Source: Chrysomallon squamiferum
Taxonomy: Eukaryota; Animalia; Mollusca
DNA: 64,000 nucleotides
Reading direction: 5' to 3'
Assembly (NCBI GenBank): GCA_012295275.1
Contig: CM022668.1
Coordinates: forward strand, 11,842,001-11,906,000
This document shows, piece by piece, positions 1 to 11,376 of this stretch. The position numbers were made by a program, and so were the translations under genes. The notes beneath the pieces were generated by a model, which searched no databases, had not been told where the DNA came from, and saw only the letters and a list, made by a program, of their open reading frames with translations. The number at the start of each line of letters is the position of its first letter. Positions within the stretch are counted from its first letter, which is position 1.

Positions 1-196
1 TGTCCTAATTTTACATTTCATTTCAAACATTAAAATATTACCTTAACATTTTTGTAATACAGTTTATATGTATATATATATGAATATGTATCATATAATG
101 ATTGTTTACATTTGTGTTAACACAGTGTACATATGTGGATGTAGATTGTATCTATATGTGTGTTTATGTTAGGTATGTGTATGTTAAATGTCTGTC

Positions 197-237
<41 letters not shown>

Positions 238-412
238 ATAATATGTATTTGTGTATATCAATAAGTGCTTATAAATGAATTTAAATGATTGAATAATGAA
301 TATGTGAGTATTTATAATTTTTATTCTTTAAACTAAAACGTTTTTAACTTACATAAAAACTGTTTTAATTTGATCTATACAAAATTTACAAGATCAAGTA
401 CAAATTAATATT

Positions 413-600
413 GTTTACTGTTGCCTGGTGAACAAAAATAACTTTTATTTTACTATTACCTAGCAAACAAAGATTACTTTTATTTCTGGTAAACAAACAA
501 ACTGTGAATGTTTACTGTTACCTGGTAAACAAACAAACTGCTAACATTTACTGTTACATGGTAAACAAACAAACCTATGTTTACTATTACCTGGTAAACA
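413..600 (-). repeat. Tandem array (~6 copies, ~26-36 bp) of the ARMC8 exon-end/donor unit TTTGTTTACCAG|GTAAYAGTAAAC
   Basis: Repeated plus-strand TTTACT(G/A)TTAC(C)TGGTAAACAAACAAAC, with junction-equivalent positions at 591, 558, 522, 486, 460 and 425. Confidence 0.85.
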
Positions 601-688
601 AGATCAATGGCTGTTCTGTTGGAGGCAAAGATGGTACGAAGGCACCTAAGACAAGCTTCGACATATTTCAAGTTAGGATTTGACAAGC
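591..688 (-). CDS. ARMC8: ARMC8 exon (LSNPNLKYVEACLRCLRTIFASNRTAIDLVYQ); gene continues beyond the left edge
   Basis: EACLRCLRTIF motif of ARMC8; CCAG acceptor, GTAATA donor, phase 1->0. Confidence 0.93.
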
Positions 689-1186
689 CTGGAAATAAAT
701 TAAAAATAAACAATTACAAAAGATAAGGAAATATTTCAACAAAATTAATCTTGTTCTAAAAACTAATTATTATTCTTATTTAAAACACAAAATATTTTTT
801 ATTTGTTGTGGAGATTTTATTAAATAAATTAATTTAGTTAATATTGAAATTTCTTTCAGGATTAAAATACATTAAGTATTAAAATACAATAATAAAATTG
901 ATATTATTTATTTGTGGTTTTGTAGAATATAACTATATATAAACAAATTAATCAGTATGGAAAAAGTATTTAATAACAGACAGTAGTTTATAATAACAAT
1001 TTTTTTATAATAACTGAATTAATAATGATAATAATAATAATAATAATAAAAATAAAAACAACAATAACAATAAAATCATAACAATAATAATATGAATATG
1101 AATAAAATAACATTACCTAGGATAACAAAATTTATTAATATATTTTTTTTTTTTTAGAATTGTTTTAAAAATAGACTGAAACTCAC

Positions 1187-1329
1187 CTTTCAACAAGACT
1201 GATACACATCCAGCATCTACAACAGCATTGATGTTCTCATCGGTGCCTTTTGACAAACTTCCCAACACAACGGCTGACTCTGTTCTCAGCTCAATGGGAG
1301 ACAACTCATCTATCATCCACTGCAGAAGT
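1187..1329 (-). CDS. ARMC8: ARMC8 exon (LLQWMIDELSPIELRTESAVVLGSLSKGTDENINAVVDAGCVSVLLKG)
   Basis: Armadillo repeat matching the ARMC8 ELxTExAVVLGSL..GT..N pattern; CAG acceptor, GTGAGT donor, phase 2->1. Confidence 0.93.
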
Positions 1330-1713
1330 CTGAAATATTCAGACAGTTAAAATTCAGTGAGAAAATGTCAACATATTTATTTTTGAAAAATTTGATTATA
1401 TTTTTTTTTTTTTAATATAATATATCATTTTGATAAACATGAGTTTCATATGATGTTATCTGCTACTTCTACAAGGTTTCTTTTTCATGAATTAGTAACA
1501 AAGTTATCTTTTAAACATATGTCTGTTTATCAACTGCAAGGATCTTTTATGTTTCAAATAGGAGGAAAATATCTTTAGTAAAATTATGTGCACTTTTTCA
1601 TTAGATAAAAAGCATGCCCTTGTCACTCATAGAAACTTCTAGTCCATGAGTTGGATTGAGTAACAATTCAATGAAAATGTTAATTAGTGGGTTAATGTAA
1701 ATACAATGCTTAC

Positions 1714-1785
1714 CTAGGCATTATACCCTGAGCTATCATCTCTGATTTTTGCTTGTTATTTCCTATGACCATGTTTTTAACATTT
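1714..1785 (-). CDS. ARMC8: ARMC8 exon (NVKNMVIGNNKQKSEMIAQGIMPR)
   Basis: KNxVIGNNKQK motif characteristic of ARMC8/Gid5; TTCAG acceptor, GTAAGC donor, phase 2->2. Confidence 0.92.
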
Positions 1786-2466
1786 CTGAAATAAATTTTC
1801 GAAAATTAATTATAATGTAAGGTTCTGTTTAATATCACTGATCAAAAATATTTATCACCAAAAAATATATTTACCACATTTCAGACAGAAAATATATCAA
1901 GTGACTATGTCAGTTGATGGTAAATCATTAACAAAATATATCATCTGCTTTTATCACCTTGACAACAGTTTTAATTTGTGTAGCAAGATAAAGTAACACA
2001 AGTAAGAAAAGTACATACCAGATAAAGAAAACCAAAATTATTATTTAATTTCATGTAAATTCTATAAGATTTAGAGTAAAAACTGACATTTAGTATATAA
2101 CAGTTTGTTTTGTTTTTTTTCTTTTCTGATTTGATTGCAAAAACGACTTTTAGAGATTTTCTTTATTTCTTTCTTTTATTTTATTTCATATTTTTCCTAA
2201 ATAATAATAATAATCATAATATTAACAAAAAATTCATTTTCTGCATTGGTTTTTTCATTTTTTTTTTTCTTCACTATAGTAATCTAGAGAGTGGTATTAG
2301 ATACTCATATCTCAATATTATTAGCAAATTATTTTCTCTGTTTTCCTCTTTGAATAACATAACACACACAAATACATTCACACATACACAAACATATATA
2401 CATGCACACACACATACACACACATATAAAGACATTCAGAAATATTTGAAAAATAATTTAACTTAC

Positions 2467-2540
2467 CTAACCCCTTCCATCCATTTTTCTGACTCATTAG
2501 AAAATACAATTTCTAAACAACCTTTCGCTCCATCTATTTC
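2467..2540 (-). CDS. ARMC8: ARMC8 exon (EIDGAKGCLEIVFSNESEKWMEGVR)
   Basis: TAG acceptor, GTAAGT donor, 74 nt phase 0->2; corresponds to the ARMC8 N-terminal helix preceding the IGNNKQK motif. Confidence 0.8.
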
Positions 2541-3329
2541 CTAGAGCAGAAGAAAAAAACAAACATTTTTATACTTGTTTATAGTTAATTTTCATGGTAC
2601 GATTTATTTGTAATTCTTAAAATGAAACCATTTAATGCTTAAATTTTGTTAAAATATAAAAAACAAAAATATGTTTCTTTCACATCAAAGTGAATTAGCA
2701 TATCAAAATAATGATTAGAAATATGTTTAAAATGTCAGATAGTCATTATAATAATGCTCATAGGTTATTCTGTGAAAATGAAATGCAGATACAACCCAAC
2801 ATGCATCATTGCACAGATCCAGTTTATGTAGATCTATACATAATGATAATATTTATATAGCAATTCCCTATCTTATTTTTTAAATTTAACAATAATTACT
2901 GTAATGTCTTTTTAACTCACTACATGCATATGGAGATCAGACATGTGTATTTTGACTTATATATTGCAGAACAATCATCTTTTAAGTCAGATACTGTCTT
3001 AGTGTCTACATTATAATTATGTATAAACAATAATTTATAAACAAAAATTAGCATTACAAATTATATCCATTTTTGTTTCTCTTCTTATTCATCATTGCTA
3101 ACTCTTCAGACACTGAGTCAACAGATTATTATACTAATACTAGTAATACTAACAGTAATGGTAACAATAGTCTAATAACTAGTAATAGAATAGTAATAAA
3201 TAACTAAATATTAAAATAACTTAATAAGTATTATGTTCATTATCTGCATATCTTCACTCTTATTTAAAAGAAATTATATATTAGTTAAATTATGCACAAA
3301 GAAGAGTTTATATAAGTAACTAAATTTAC

Positions 3330-3347
3330 CATGTCTGATGGTATCAT
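3330..3347 (-). CDS. ARMC8: ARMC8 putative first coding exon (MIPSDM)
   Basis: ATG ATA CCA TCA GAC ATG followed by GTAAAT donor; phase 0 matches the next exon. Short, so supported by splice logic only. Confidence 0.55.
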
Positions 3348-4781
3348 TTCTTCGATTGAATGAAGCGAAAATGTACGACTATCTAATATCTTTTGTGTTT
3401 TGATTGTGATTAACTGGTGCTCAAAGTTATCTCCTACAACAGTCCTTCCTTTAAAAAACTGGTCTATGGAATTTGATTAATGTTAAATGCCGCAAACGCC
3501 CATATGATGATAATATCTTGTCTCTGTTTTAAATAAATAAATATATAAAAATATATATAGTTCTTTAATACTACGACACAGAATTTAATGTTATCAATGT
3601 TCTGTGATTCTAACATTTCTTGAAATAAATTCATTTAGCTATTTTTATTTTATTTTAAATAAACAACTCTACTACATCTTAACAAACAAGTACTATATAA
3701 AATTGTTAGATTACTTCTGCAACTAAAACATGATATAAAAAACTCATTGAAAAACACAAAAGGACTTGGTTTAATTTTTTTTTTTTTTTTAAATTCTTTT
3801 TTTATTATTTTATTTAGTATAACATTGTGTTTTGTCTGAAACTTGAAAATAAACAATTTTTTATATTTTGTTATTTATGAGTAGGTGTGTAAAGAAAACC
3901 AGAACTCCTGCATTATATTGTAACTTTTCTTCAAAGTAAAACATGTTTTATTTTATAATTATCCACATAATCGATACATCGCCGTATAGTCTGGTTTTAT
4001 GTCAAACCGGTATTTTACCTAAACTGGTTTCGTTGTCATTCTTTTTAAAAGAACGAACACCAGTTTATTGACATAATTTTAGTTTTTAAGGCATTTTTTC
4101 CAATTTTAAGGTTAGTTTTAATTTATGTTTGGCATTAAATATGTTTATAAAATAGCATAATCTTTGGCATACATTTAAATTTTGTTTCTTTTGTTAAATC
4201 AGTATTTGTTGAATGTATTATTTACGAAATGTTACACTAGCTAGCTCAGTAGTTGCTAAGTCGAGTACCACTAGTTCCACTGGCACTACTACTACTAGTA
4301 GTACTAGTACTAGCGTTTTCCAGGTCAATAAACCTAATATTTATTAATTCATTTTAATTTAGAGGTTCGCTTTTATTTCATTTTTTATTTCAGTATAAAA
4401 TAAAAAATAATGGTTTATTTTTAGCTTCGTAATATTTTTGGCACTAATTTTTGTAAAGAAATACAATTTCTGTACCATTTTCTTATCAACATGTCTTCTT
4501 TTTACTTTCACTTTCAGTGTTTAAATTTCATGGTCAAAAGGTGACCTTATCAGCATAAAAGAAATGCTAAATTTTAGTAAATGGAATAGTGACAGTAGAT
4601 CACTGACATTAACTTAATATTAATACATTTTATATCTAAAAAACAAATTTCTGTGCTTATTTTGTTTTGAACATCCCACACAGTATCTGGGATTTTTTGA
4701 AATTGCTATAAATATTATGTTACATTTTTATGCAAAAGAACAAATTATATTTGAAAAACTTTATTTTCACAATAATTTCAG
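3348..4781. promoter_or_regulatory. Divergent (bidirectional) promoter/5' UTR region between ARMC8 and DBR1
   Basis: Start codons face away from each other ~1.4 kb apart; local CpG enrichment at ~3350-3500 and ~3960-4060. The DBR1 ATG sits 1 nt after a TTTCAG acceptor, implying an upstream non-coding exon in this interval. Confidence 0.6.
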
Positions 4782-4782
4782 T

Positions 4783-4979
4783 ATGAAGATTGCTGTGGAA
4801 GGCTGTTGCCACGGTGAACTGGATAAAATATACGAAACTTTACAACATCTTGAAAAAGAAAACAATATAAAAGTAGATTTGCTGCTTATCTGTGGTGATT
4901 TTCAAGCAGTGAGAAACAAAAATGACATGCAGTGTATGGCTATTCCACCAAAATATCAGAAACTTAACACATTTTATAA
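4783..4979 (+). CDS. DBR1: DBR1 coding exon 1 ([17 protein letters not shown]...GDFQAVRN...FYK)
   Basis: GCCHG and GDFQ metallophosphoesterase motifs, with the Dbr1-specific Cys; GTATGA donor, phase 2. Confidence 0.97.
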
Positions 4980-5610
4980 GTATGAGTTTGCACATATTTA
5001 AAATTTATTTTTTATAAAAATATTATTATATCATTATATGGGTATGGAATCTGGGATGTTTTAATATTTGGCATTTATTTTTTAAATAAATGACCAAAAT
5101 GTAACAAAAAAAAAGTAGTTTTTTAAGAGGATTACAAATGAAGAAATTAAGATTTTTTCTCTAACTCAGTAAGAAAAACACTGCTTGCAATAATTTTCTT
5201 AATTAAAATGTGCTAGCATGTAATATATATTTTTAACATTTCCAAGTTTGTTCTTCAATCAACTCATAGCTGATACCAACCTTTAGCAACAGTAAAGTAT
5301 AACATAACAATAAAACAAAAACAAGAATATTTATTATACAATTACAAGGTATGAAAAGCAGAGTATGTTGATAAAGATCAATATATTTTTAAGTATAAAA
5401 AAACCCTAAAAAACCCAGATAAAAATAGACAAAAGATTACTTATATATTCTCATTTTTATTTTTATTTTTATTTTTTTATTATTGACATCATTTTGTAAT
5501 GTTAATGTAAATTAACTTCTTATGTAAACAGATAGAAGTTATTATAAAGTGTGTTTTAGTCCATGTACTGAGGGACAGGCAAACTAATCTGATTTTTCCA
5601 TTAATTTCAG

Positions 5611-5735
5611 ATATTATTCAGGGGAGAAAACTGCTCCAGTCTTGACTTTGTTTGTAGGGGGAAATCATGAAGCCTCTAATTATATGCAGGAACTGCCATA
5701 TGGAGGCTGGGTTGCTCCGAATATTTATTACATGG
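5611..5735 (+). CDS. DBR1: DBR1 exon 2 ([42 protein letters not shown])
   Basis: Catalytic GNHE motif; AG/GT boundaries, phase 2->1. Confidence 0.97.
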
Positions 5736-6072
5736 GTTGGTCACTATTTGAAGTAGTAGTTAATAGATAATTCTAGTCTTTATGATCTTGATATTGTGTG
5801 AATAATTATAAACACAGATGTTGATACCCAACTCCTTTGTAAGTCATACTTAATTGTTTATCATATTTTCTTCACCTCCTGCTGAATTTTGTATATTTAC
5901 TGTATTTATATATATGAAGAATAAACTTCTCTTCTTGAAGTAAATTTTAATTTAAAAAATGTGATTTTTATTTATAATATAATGATTTAATTGATTTTTT
6001 GGGGGGGTGGTTGTAGTGGTTTTTTTTTTTTTTTTTTTTTTTAAAAATAAATTTGCTTTTATTTTATTTAAT

Positions 6073-6120
<48 letters not shown>

Positions 6121-6207
6121 GTTTTTTTTAATTTATCATTTTTTTTTATTTATTATTATTTGGACCTTTTTCTTATACAATATAGTATATGTTAAATATT
6201 GTTTCAG

Positions 6208-6288
6208 GGTATGCTAATGTTGTTAAAATTGGAGGTCTTAGAATAGCTGGTCTTTCAGGAATTTACAAAGATAGAGACTTCCACAAAG
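6208..6288 (+). CDS. DBR1: DBR1 exon 3 (YANVVKIGGLRIAGLSGIYKDRDFHKG)
   Basis: RIAGLSGIY motif; 81 nt, phase 1->1. Confidence 0.95.
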
Positions 6289-6751
6289 GTAAAAAAAATA
6301 AAAATGAATAAGATAATAATAAAAATGATTTTTAAATCTGTTACTGTATTTTAATGTCATGGCATTTTGTTGTTTTACTATTTGGAGAAGTTTTAAACAT
6401 TTTAAAATAAAAAACAGACATGTGAAGAGCATTTAATTACATTTAATACATTTTTATTCCAATAAAATTATTATTATAAAATAAAACAAAAAAATTCAAA
6501 GCCTTAAATATTTATGTATTTTAATTTAAATTAAAAATATTTAAAGTTTTAACCTAATTACTTTAAAAAACAACAACAACAAAGAAAACAAACAGCAAAT
6601 GGATTTATTTGTTGTTGTTATATACATCTGTGGGTTTTTCTTTGTATTATTCATTTATTAGTTATCTAGTTTGTTTGTTTCTTAATTTATTTATTCATAC
6701 ATATATATTTTAATTGGTTTGTTCGTTCATTCATTTATGCAACATCTACAG

Positions 6752-6837
6752 GTCATTTTGAGCATCTACCTTACAATGACAGTACAAAGAGATCTGTATA
6801 TCACGTTCGAAGTTTCGAAATTTTTAGACTTAAACAG
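6752..6837 (+). CDS. DBR1: DBR1 exon 4 ([28 protein letters not shown]), lariat recognition loop region
   Basis: PY...RSxYHVR motif; phase 1->0. Confidence 0.95.
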
Positions 6838-6881
6838 GTAAATTTTGCTTTTTCCTGAAACATCAAAAGGCTTACCTAAAC

Positions 6882-7132
6882 CAGTGGTTCCCTAAATAAA
6901 CAATATCGTCCCCTTAGGGGCACCAGGAATTCTTTATTTTTGGATGGGCTGTAATCATAATTAAGTAGTAGCTTCTCCTGTCTTTCATCTGATATGCAAA
7001 GAAAATAAGAATTCTTTGTGGTCTTAAGAAATGGCTGGCAATTAGAATACAGTGACTGGAGATGAAAGTAGGTGTACTGAAGAAGAAGATAGGGTTCACT
7101 AGAAAAGAAGATAAGAAGTTAGGGAACCACTA
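6882..7132. mobile_element. Non-autonomous hAT-like DNA transposon (MITE) in DBR1 intron 4
   Basis: Terminal inverted repeats CAGTGGTTCCCTAA (6882-6895) and TTAGGGAACCACTA (7119-7132), 13/14 match, resembling hAT/Charlie CAGTGGTTCYCAA ends; 8-bp TSD not clearly preserved. Confidence 0.7.
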
Positions 7133-7376
7133 ATCCACAGGAATATATATATTTTTTTAATCTATTAATAATAAAGCAGTATAAACTTGTCACAAATATT
7201 AACAAATCTGTATTGATAATATGAAATCTTGGTAGCTTTTTAACAATAGTTTTTTGGTGTCGGAAAAAAATCCTCTGCTGAAATTTGCATGTGGATCATT
7301 CTTTGTTTTTTTTAACAGCAAGGATTCGTTCCCACAAACAGGAAATTTTATTTTCGTCTTGTATTTTTTTTTTCAG

Positions 7377-7601
7377 ATCTCTCGCCCCCTTGATATTTTT
7401 CTCTCCCACGACTGGCCAAGAGGCATCTACAACTACGGCAACGTCAAAGTGCTGCTGCGGAAGAAGGCGTTTCTAAGGGATGAAATTGAGCGTGGAGTTC
7501 TTGGCAGTCTTCCTGCAGAAGAGCTTTTACATCATCTGAAACCCAGCCACTGGTTTTCTGCTCATCTTCATGTTAAATTTGCTGCCATCATTCAGCACAA
7601 G
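7377..7601 (+). CDS. DBR1: DBR1 exon 5 ([18 protein letters not shown]...[17 protein letters not shown])
   Basis: SHDWP and SAHLH metal-binding motifs; 225 nt, phase 0->0. Confidence 0.97.
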
Positions 7602-8160
7602 GTATAGAGATATTCTTTTTACAGATAAGATGCAGAGATACTGTTGTTAAAAATAAGATAGAAATAATGCTGTGAAGATTATTGTTATACTTGTAAAAAA
7701 ATAAAATACAGAGATACTGTTTTTAAGAATAGAGATATTATTGTTAAAAATAAAATGGACATTGATATAAAAATAGTGCTGTTAAGAATTAGATGCAGAA
7801 ACTCTCTTGTTACGAATATTGCAAAGAGATGCTATTCTTAAGAATAAGATAAAAAGCTCTATTGTTATATATAAGAAACAGATATAGTTTAAAATAATAT
7901 ATTAAGACACAGTTGTCAAATTAAGTTATAAACATTGTATTGTTACAAACATAGAGAGCTACCACTGTTAACAATAAGATAATAAGATATTTTTATAACA
8001 GTTAAGAATATAGAGATACTTTTGTTAAGAATAAGATAGAGATTACACTACTGATATGAATAAAATTTAAATATAATATTATTAAGAAAAAGACACATAT
8101 ACACACATTTGTTAAGAATAAAATATAGAGATATATGATTATTAATAACAAGATATAAAG
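7602..8160 (+). repeat. Degenerate ~25-28 bp minisatellite (TAGAGATACTGTTGTTAAGAATAAGA) starting at the exon 5 donor
   Basis: Recurrent AGAGATA..TTGTTAA(G/A)AATAAGAT units. Confidence 0.65.
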
Positions 8161-8473
8161 CAATGGTTTCCAAACTTTTTTGGTTAAATACAATCTTGGC
8201 CAGGCTGGTGATCCTAAATGTAGCTACACACAGTTTAAATTGCCTATCTTATTGATATATTACATTTATATATAATATTATGTAATTTTATTCATTTAAT
8301 TTATATTACTAACTAATACACAGTGCATTTCCATAAGATGTTAAAGATCTGCTGTTAAGAAGATACCTTTAGAGATATTATTTAGAGATATTATGAATAT
8401 TCATGTGAATAAATAACATTTTTCATTGCCATATCATGGCGTAAAATTTCAGTTTATTTGATTTTAATTTCAG

Positions 8474-8548
8474 CCAGAAGATAATGTTACCAAGACAACA
8501 AAGTTTCTGTCTTTAGACAAATGTTTACCAAAACGAAAATTTCTACAG
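8474..8548 (+). CDS. DBR1: DBR1 exon 6 (PEDNVTKTTKFLSLDKCLPKRKFLQ)
   Basis: TKFLxLDKCLP motif; 75 nt, phase 0->0. Confidence 0.95.
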
Positions 8549-8629
8549 GTTTTGTACACTTAACTCTTGTTCTTGGATTTTTGAATATAACTTTTTCTTT
8601 CTAATTCTTTCTATCTATATTTCTAAGTG

Positions 8630-8744
<115 letters not shown>

Positions 8745-8903
8745 CTGTCTCTCTCTCTCTCTCTTTGTTAATTTATTTGGTTTTGTACCAGACCATTTTT
8801 CTTAAGGTGTCTTTAAGCAAATATTTTTTTCTTCATTTTACAGGAATTTCCTTTCATGTCTGTTTACAAAAATCATGAAAAATAAAATAAACTTTTTTGT
8901 CAG

Positions 8904-9046
8904 GTGATTGATATACCACATGACATAAATCAGCCAATGAAACTGCAGCTGGATCCTGAATGGCTGTGTATTCTCAAATCGACCAATCATCTTCTAAATC
9001 TTGGACCCATACAGCGATTCATGCCTGGACCTGGCAGTTCTGATAG
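8904..9046 (+). CDS. DBR1: DBR1 exon 7 (VIDIPHDINQPMKLQLDPEWLCILKSTNHLL...PGPGSSDR)
   Basis: DPEWLxIL motif of the DBR1 C-terminal domain; phase 0->2. Confidence 0.95.
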
Positions 9047-9410
9047 GTGAGATTCTTCATTTCTATATTTATTGTTTTAATTTAAGATTTAAATCTCAAA
9101 ATGTGAACTGTGATTTTAATTAAATTTATTGTTTTTATTTTTAAGTTTTGTAGTATATTTCACGATGTTTAGCTTTTGTGTACATATGCATTCATATTTT
9201 TTTTAATTTAAGTTAATCCTATTAAATTTTATATAATTAAATTTCTTTTTTTTTTTTTTAAATTTCTGTGTAATAATGTTATGTATAATTACCTTTTTGT
9301 TGCTTATTCGTTTAATTCGTTTGTTTTGATTGATTTATTTACATTTTAAAAAATATTTTTATATATATACATTTTTTTTTATAATATTTTTATTTAATTA
9401 ATAATTACAG

Positions 9411-10635
9411 GTGGGACTTCAAGGTCACAGATAAAGAATGCGAATCATTAGTGAAGGATTTTGACGGCAATTTAACGATTCCCGAAAATTTCGAAAGAAC
9501 TGCTCCAGTCCACGACAACCTGAGCAACAAGAGGATAACCAGTCCCTCCCTCTACATCAACCCCCAGACTAATTTAATATGCGCCATGTTGGACCTCACC
9601 GACCCGAATGCAGTGCTGCTTGGGAAAGATCCCCAGTACTCGACTCAAGACATCGTTGACAGCAGTGACAATGTTGAGGATGATGACTACGACGATGACG
9701 ACGATGTCAGCAGTGATGTCAACAGCAGCATCGACACTTCGTTTTCAGACTCGTTCAGTACGGCCCCGGATTTATCGGTGAATGATGCCAGCACGTCGGT
9801 TGGCGACGCGAGTGTCTTGTCAACCGACACTGGACTGTCGTCTTTAAATGACACTGGACTTAACGAGCTGTCGATTGATCGAGAGACTGAGAACGATGTC
9901 CACAGGACTCTTCTCAGGCAAAAAGCAAAATGTCTTGTTTCAAAAGAATCCCCTGCCATTAATGTTGACGTGCCAAATGGTGGGGAGGGCGATTCCGAAT
10001 TGGCAGACATTTTGGCAGCCCAGAAAAAACATAGACTGAGTGTGGACAAGGTCAGTTCACTATCTTCTTCCGGAGATGTATCGTCAGAGAGCAGCTCCAG
10101 TAACTATGGTGACGTGTCAGGCGACCCTAGCAGCAGTCTTCACACCTTGGATAGCAGTCTGGGTAATTGTTTCAGTAATGCTGGTAGCCATGGTGACAGC
10201 CCCGTTTTGAAAAGTAAGAACAGTTCTGTGTGTCTGACTGATGTAGAGAAGAATCTGGATACCGACAGTCAGAACTCTTCGATGGAAGAAGACAAAATTA
10301 AACATCAGATGTTACCTCCCTTTGTTAGCCCTTCGGTAAGGAAAAAAGTTATTTTAACTCCAAGCATGTGCTCTTCTCCTGTAAGTCAGCAGAAATCAGG
10401 GTTACCTGCCCCTGATGCTTCTTTAGAAGAGACTGACATATTAGCAAAAAGTTTGTTATCTCCCCCTGTTGACTCTTCAAGCCGCGCACCCAGTGAAGAC
10501 GAAGGTACGCCAAAGTCTTCTGGGTCAAAACGATCAGACAGTCTTGGTGATTCTGATGTTAGTCCTCACTCAAAAAAGTTCAAGAGAAGAAACCAGAATG
10601 TTTACTCCAGTTCTGAAGGCGATGGCGAATTTTGA
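9411..10635 (+). CDS. DBR1: DBR1 terminal exon 8: end of folded domain (WDF...IPENFERTAP...NPQT) plus long Ser/Asp-rich tail ending KKFKRRNQNVYSSSEGDGEF*
   Basis: In frame with exon 7; NPQT motif and terminal KRRNQxxY motif as in metazoan DBR1; summed CDS 2157 nt = 718 aa + stop. Confidence 0.95.
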
Positions 10636-11217
10636 TGTTAGTATGTTCTCAGGGAATGATTGTGAGAGTTATGGTTCTTAAATTAATGATGAAATAATCA
10701 CAGATGATGGTTTTCTGGCAGTTGCCAAATTTCCAGCAGTCACCACTGCCAAAAAAAAAAAAATATATACATTTTGCTGTTGTTTAACTTTCAATATAGC
10801 TAATGCATTTATCTTGTTACGATTTTCAGGCAGTGAAAAGATACTAATTTATGATCAAGTTTTGTATCTGTGGTTAAATTTAAAATGAATTAGTCTTTTG
10901 AGAAAAAAAAAACTTTTCTTGATTCCTTTTTCTTTTTTAACCTTTCATTTTATTTTTTGTTACTGTACAGGATAAACATTTTTTTTTTTTTTTTTTAAAT
11001 CTTTTTTAATTTGTTATGTTGACATGGCAGGCCAATTTGCTTTTAGTTCTTTCAAATATTGTCAGAAAGTACAGTTATCTGTTATAATAATGTGATGGCT
11101 GTTGTAATGGGGTTAAACAGCAGCATCAAAGTTTTCTGTACATTTTGTAATACTATTATTTTTTAATGTCGTGCTTTGTTATTTATAATGATGGGTTTAA
11201 AAAACCAGCAGTAAAAT

Positions 11218-11376
11218 AATAAACCGAAAAATAGAGAATGTTTTTCAGTTAAATTATTCAATATCAGAGAATGACTGAGTGTGTGTGTGTGTGTGTGGTT
11301 CTATTTAAATATGAAGTATTTGAAGAACAAATCATAAAATTCTGATTCTCTGATTAAATTCGTTTTGAAAAATAAA
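11218..11376 (+). terminator. Candidate DBR1 polyadenylation signals (AATAAA at 11218 and 11371)
   Basis: AATAAA hexamers 0.6-0.75 kb after the stop codon; common by chance in AT-rich DNA. Confidence 0.3.

Noticed and set aside
9687-10305. Antisense and alternative-frame ORFs overlapping DBR1 exon 8
   Set aside because: Shadow ORFs of a GC-richer coding exon; no recognisable motifs or splice support.
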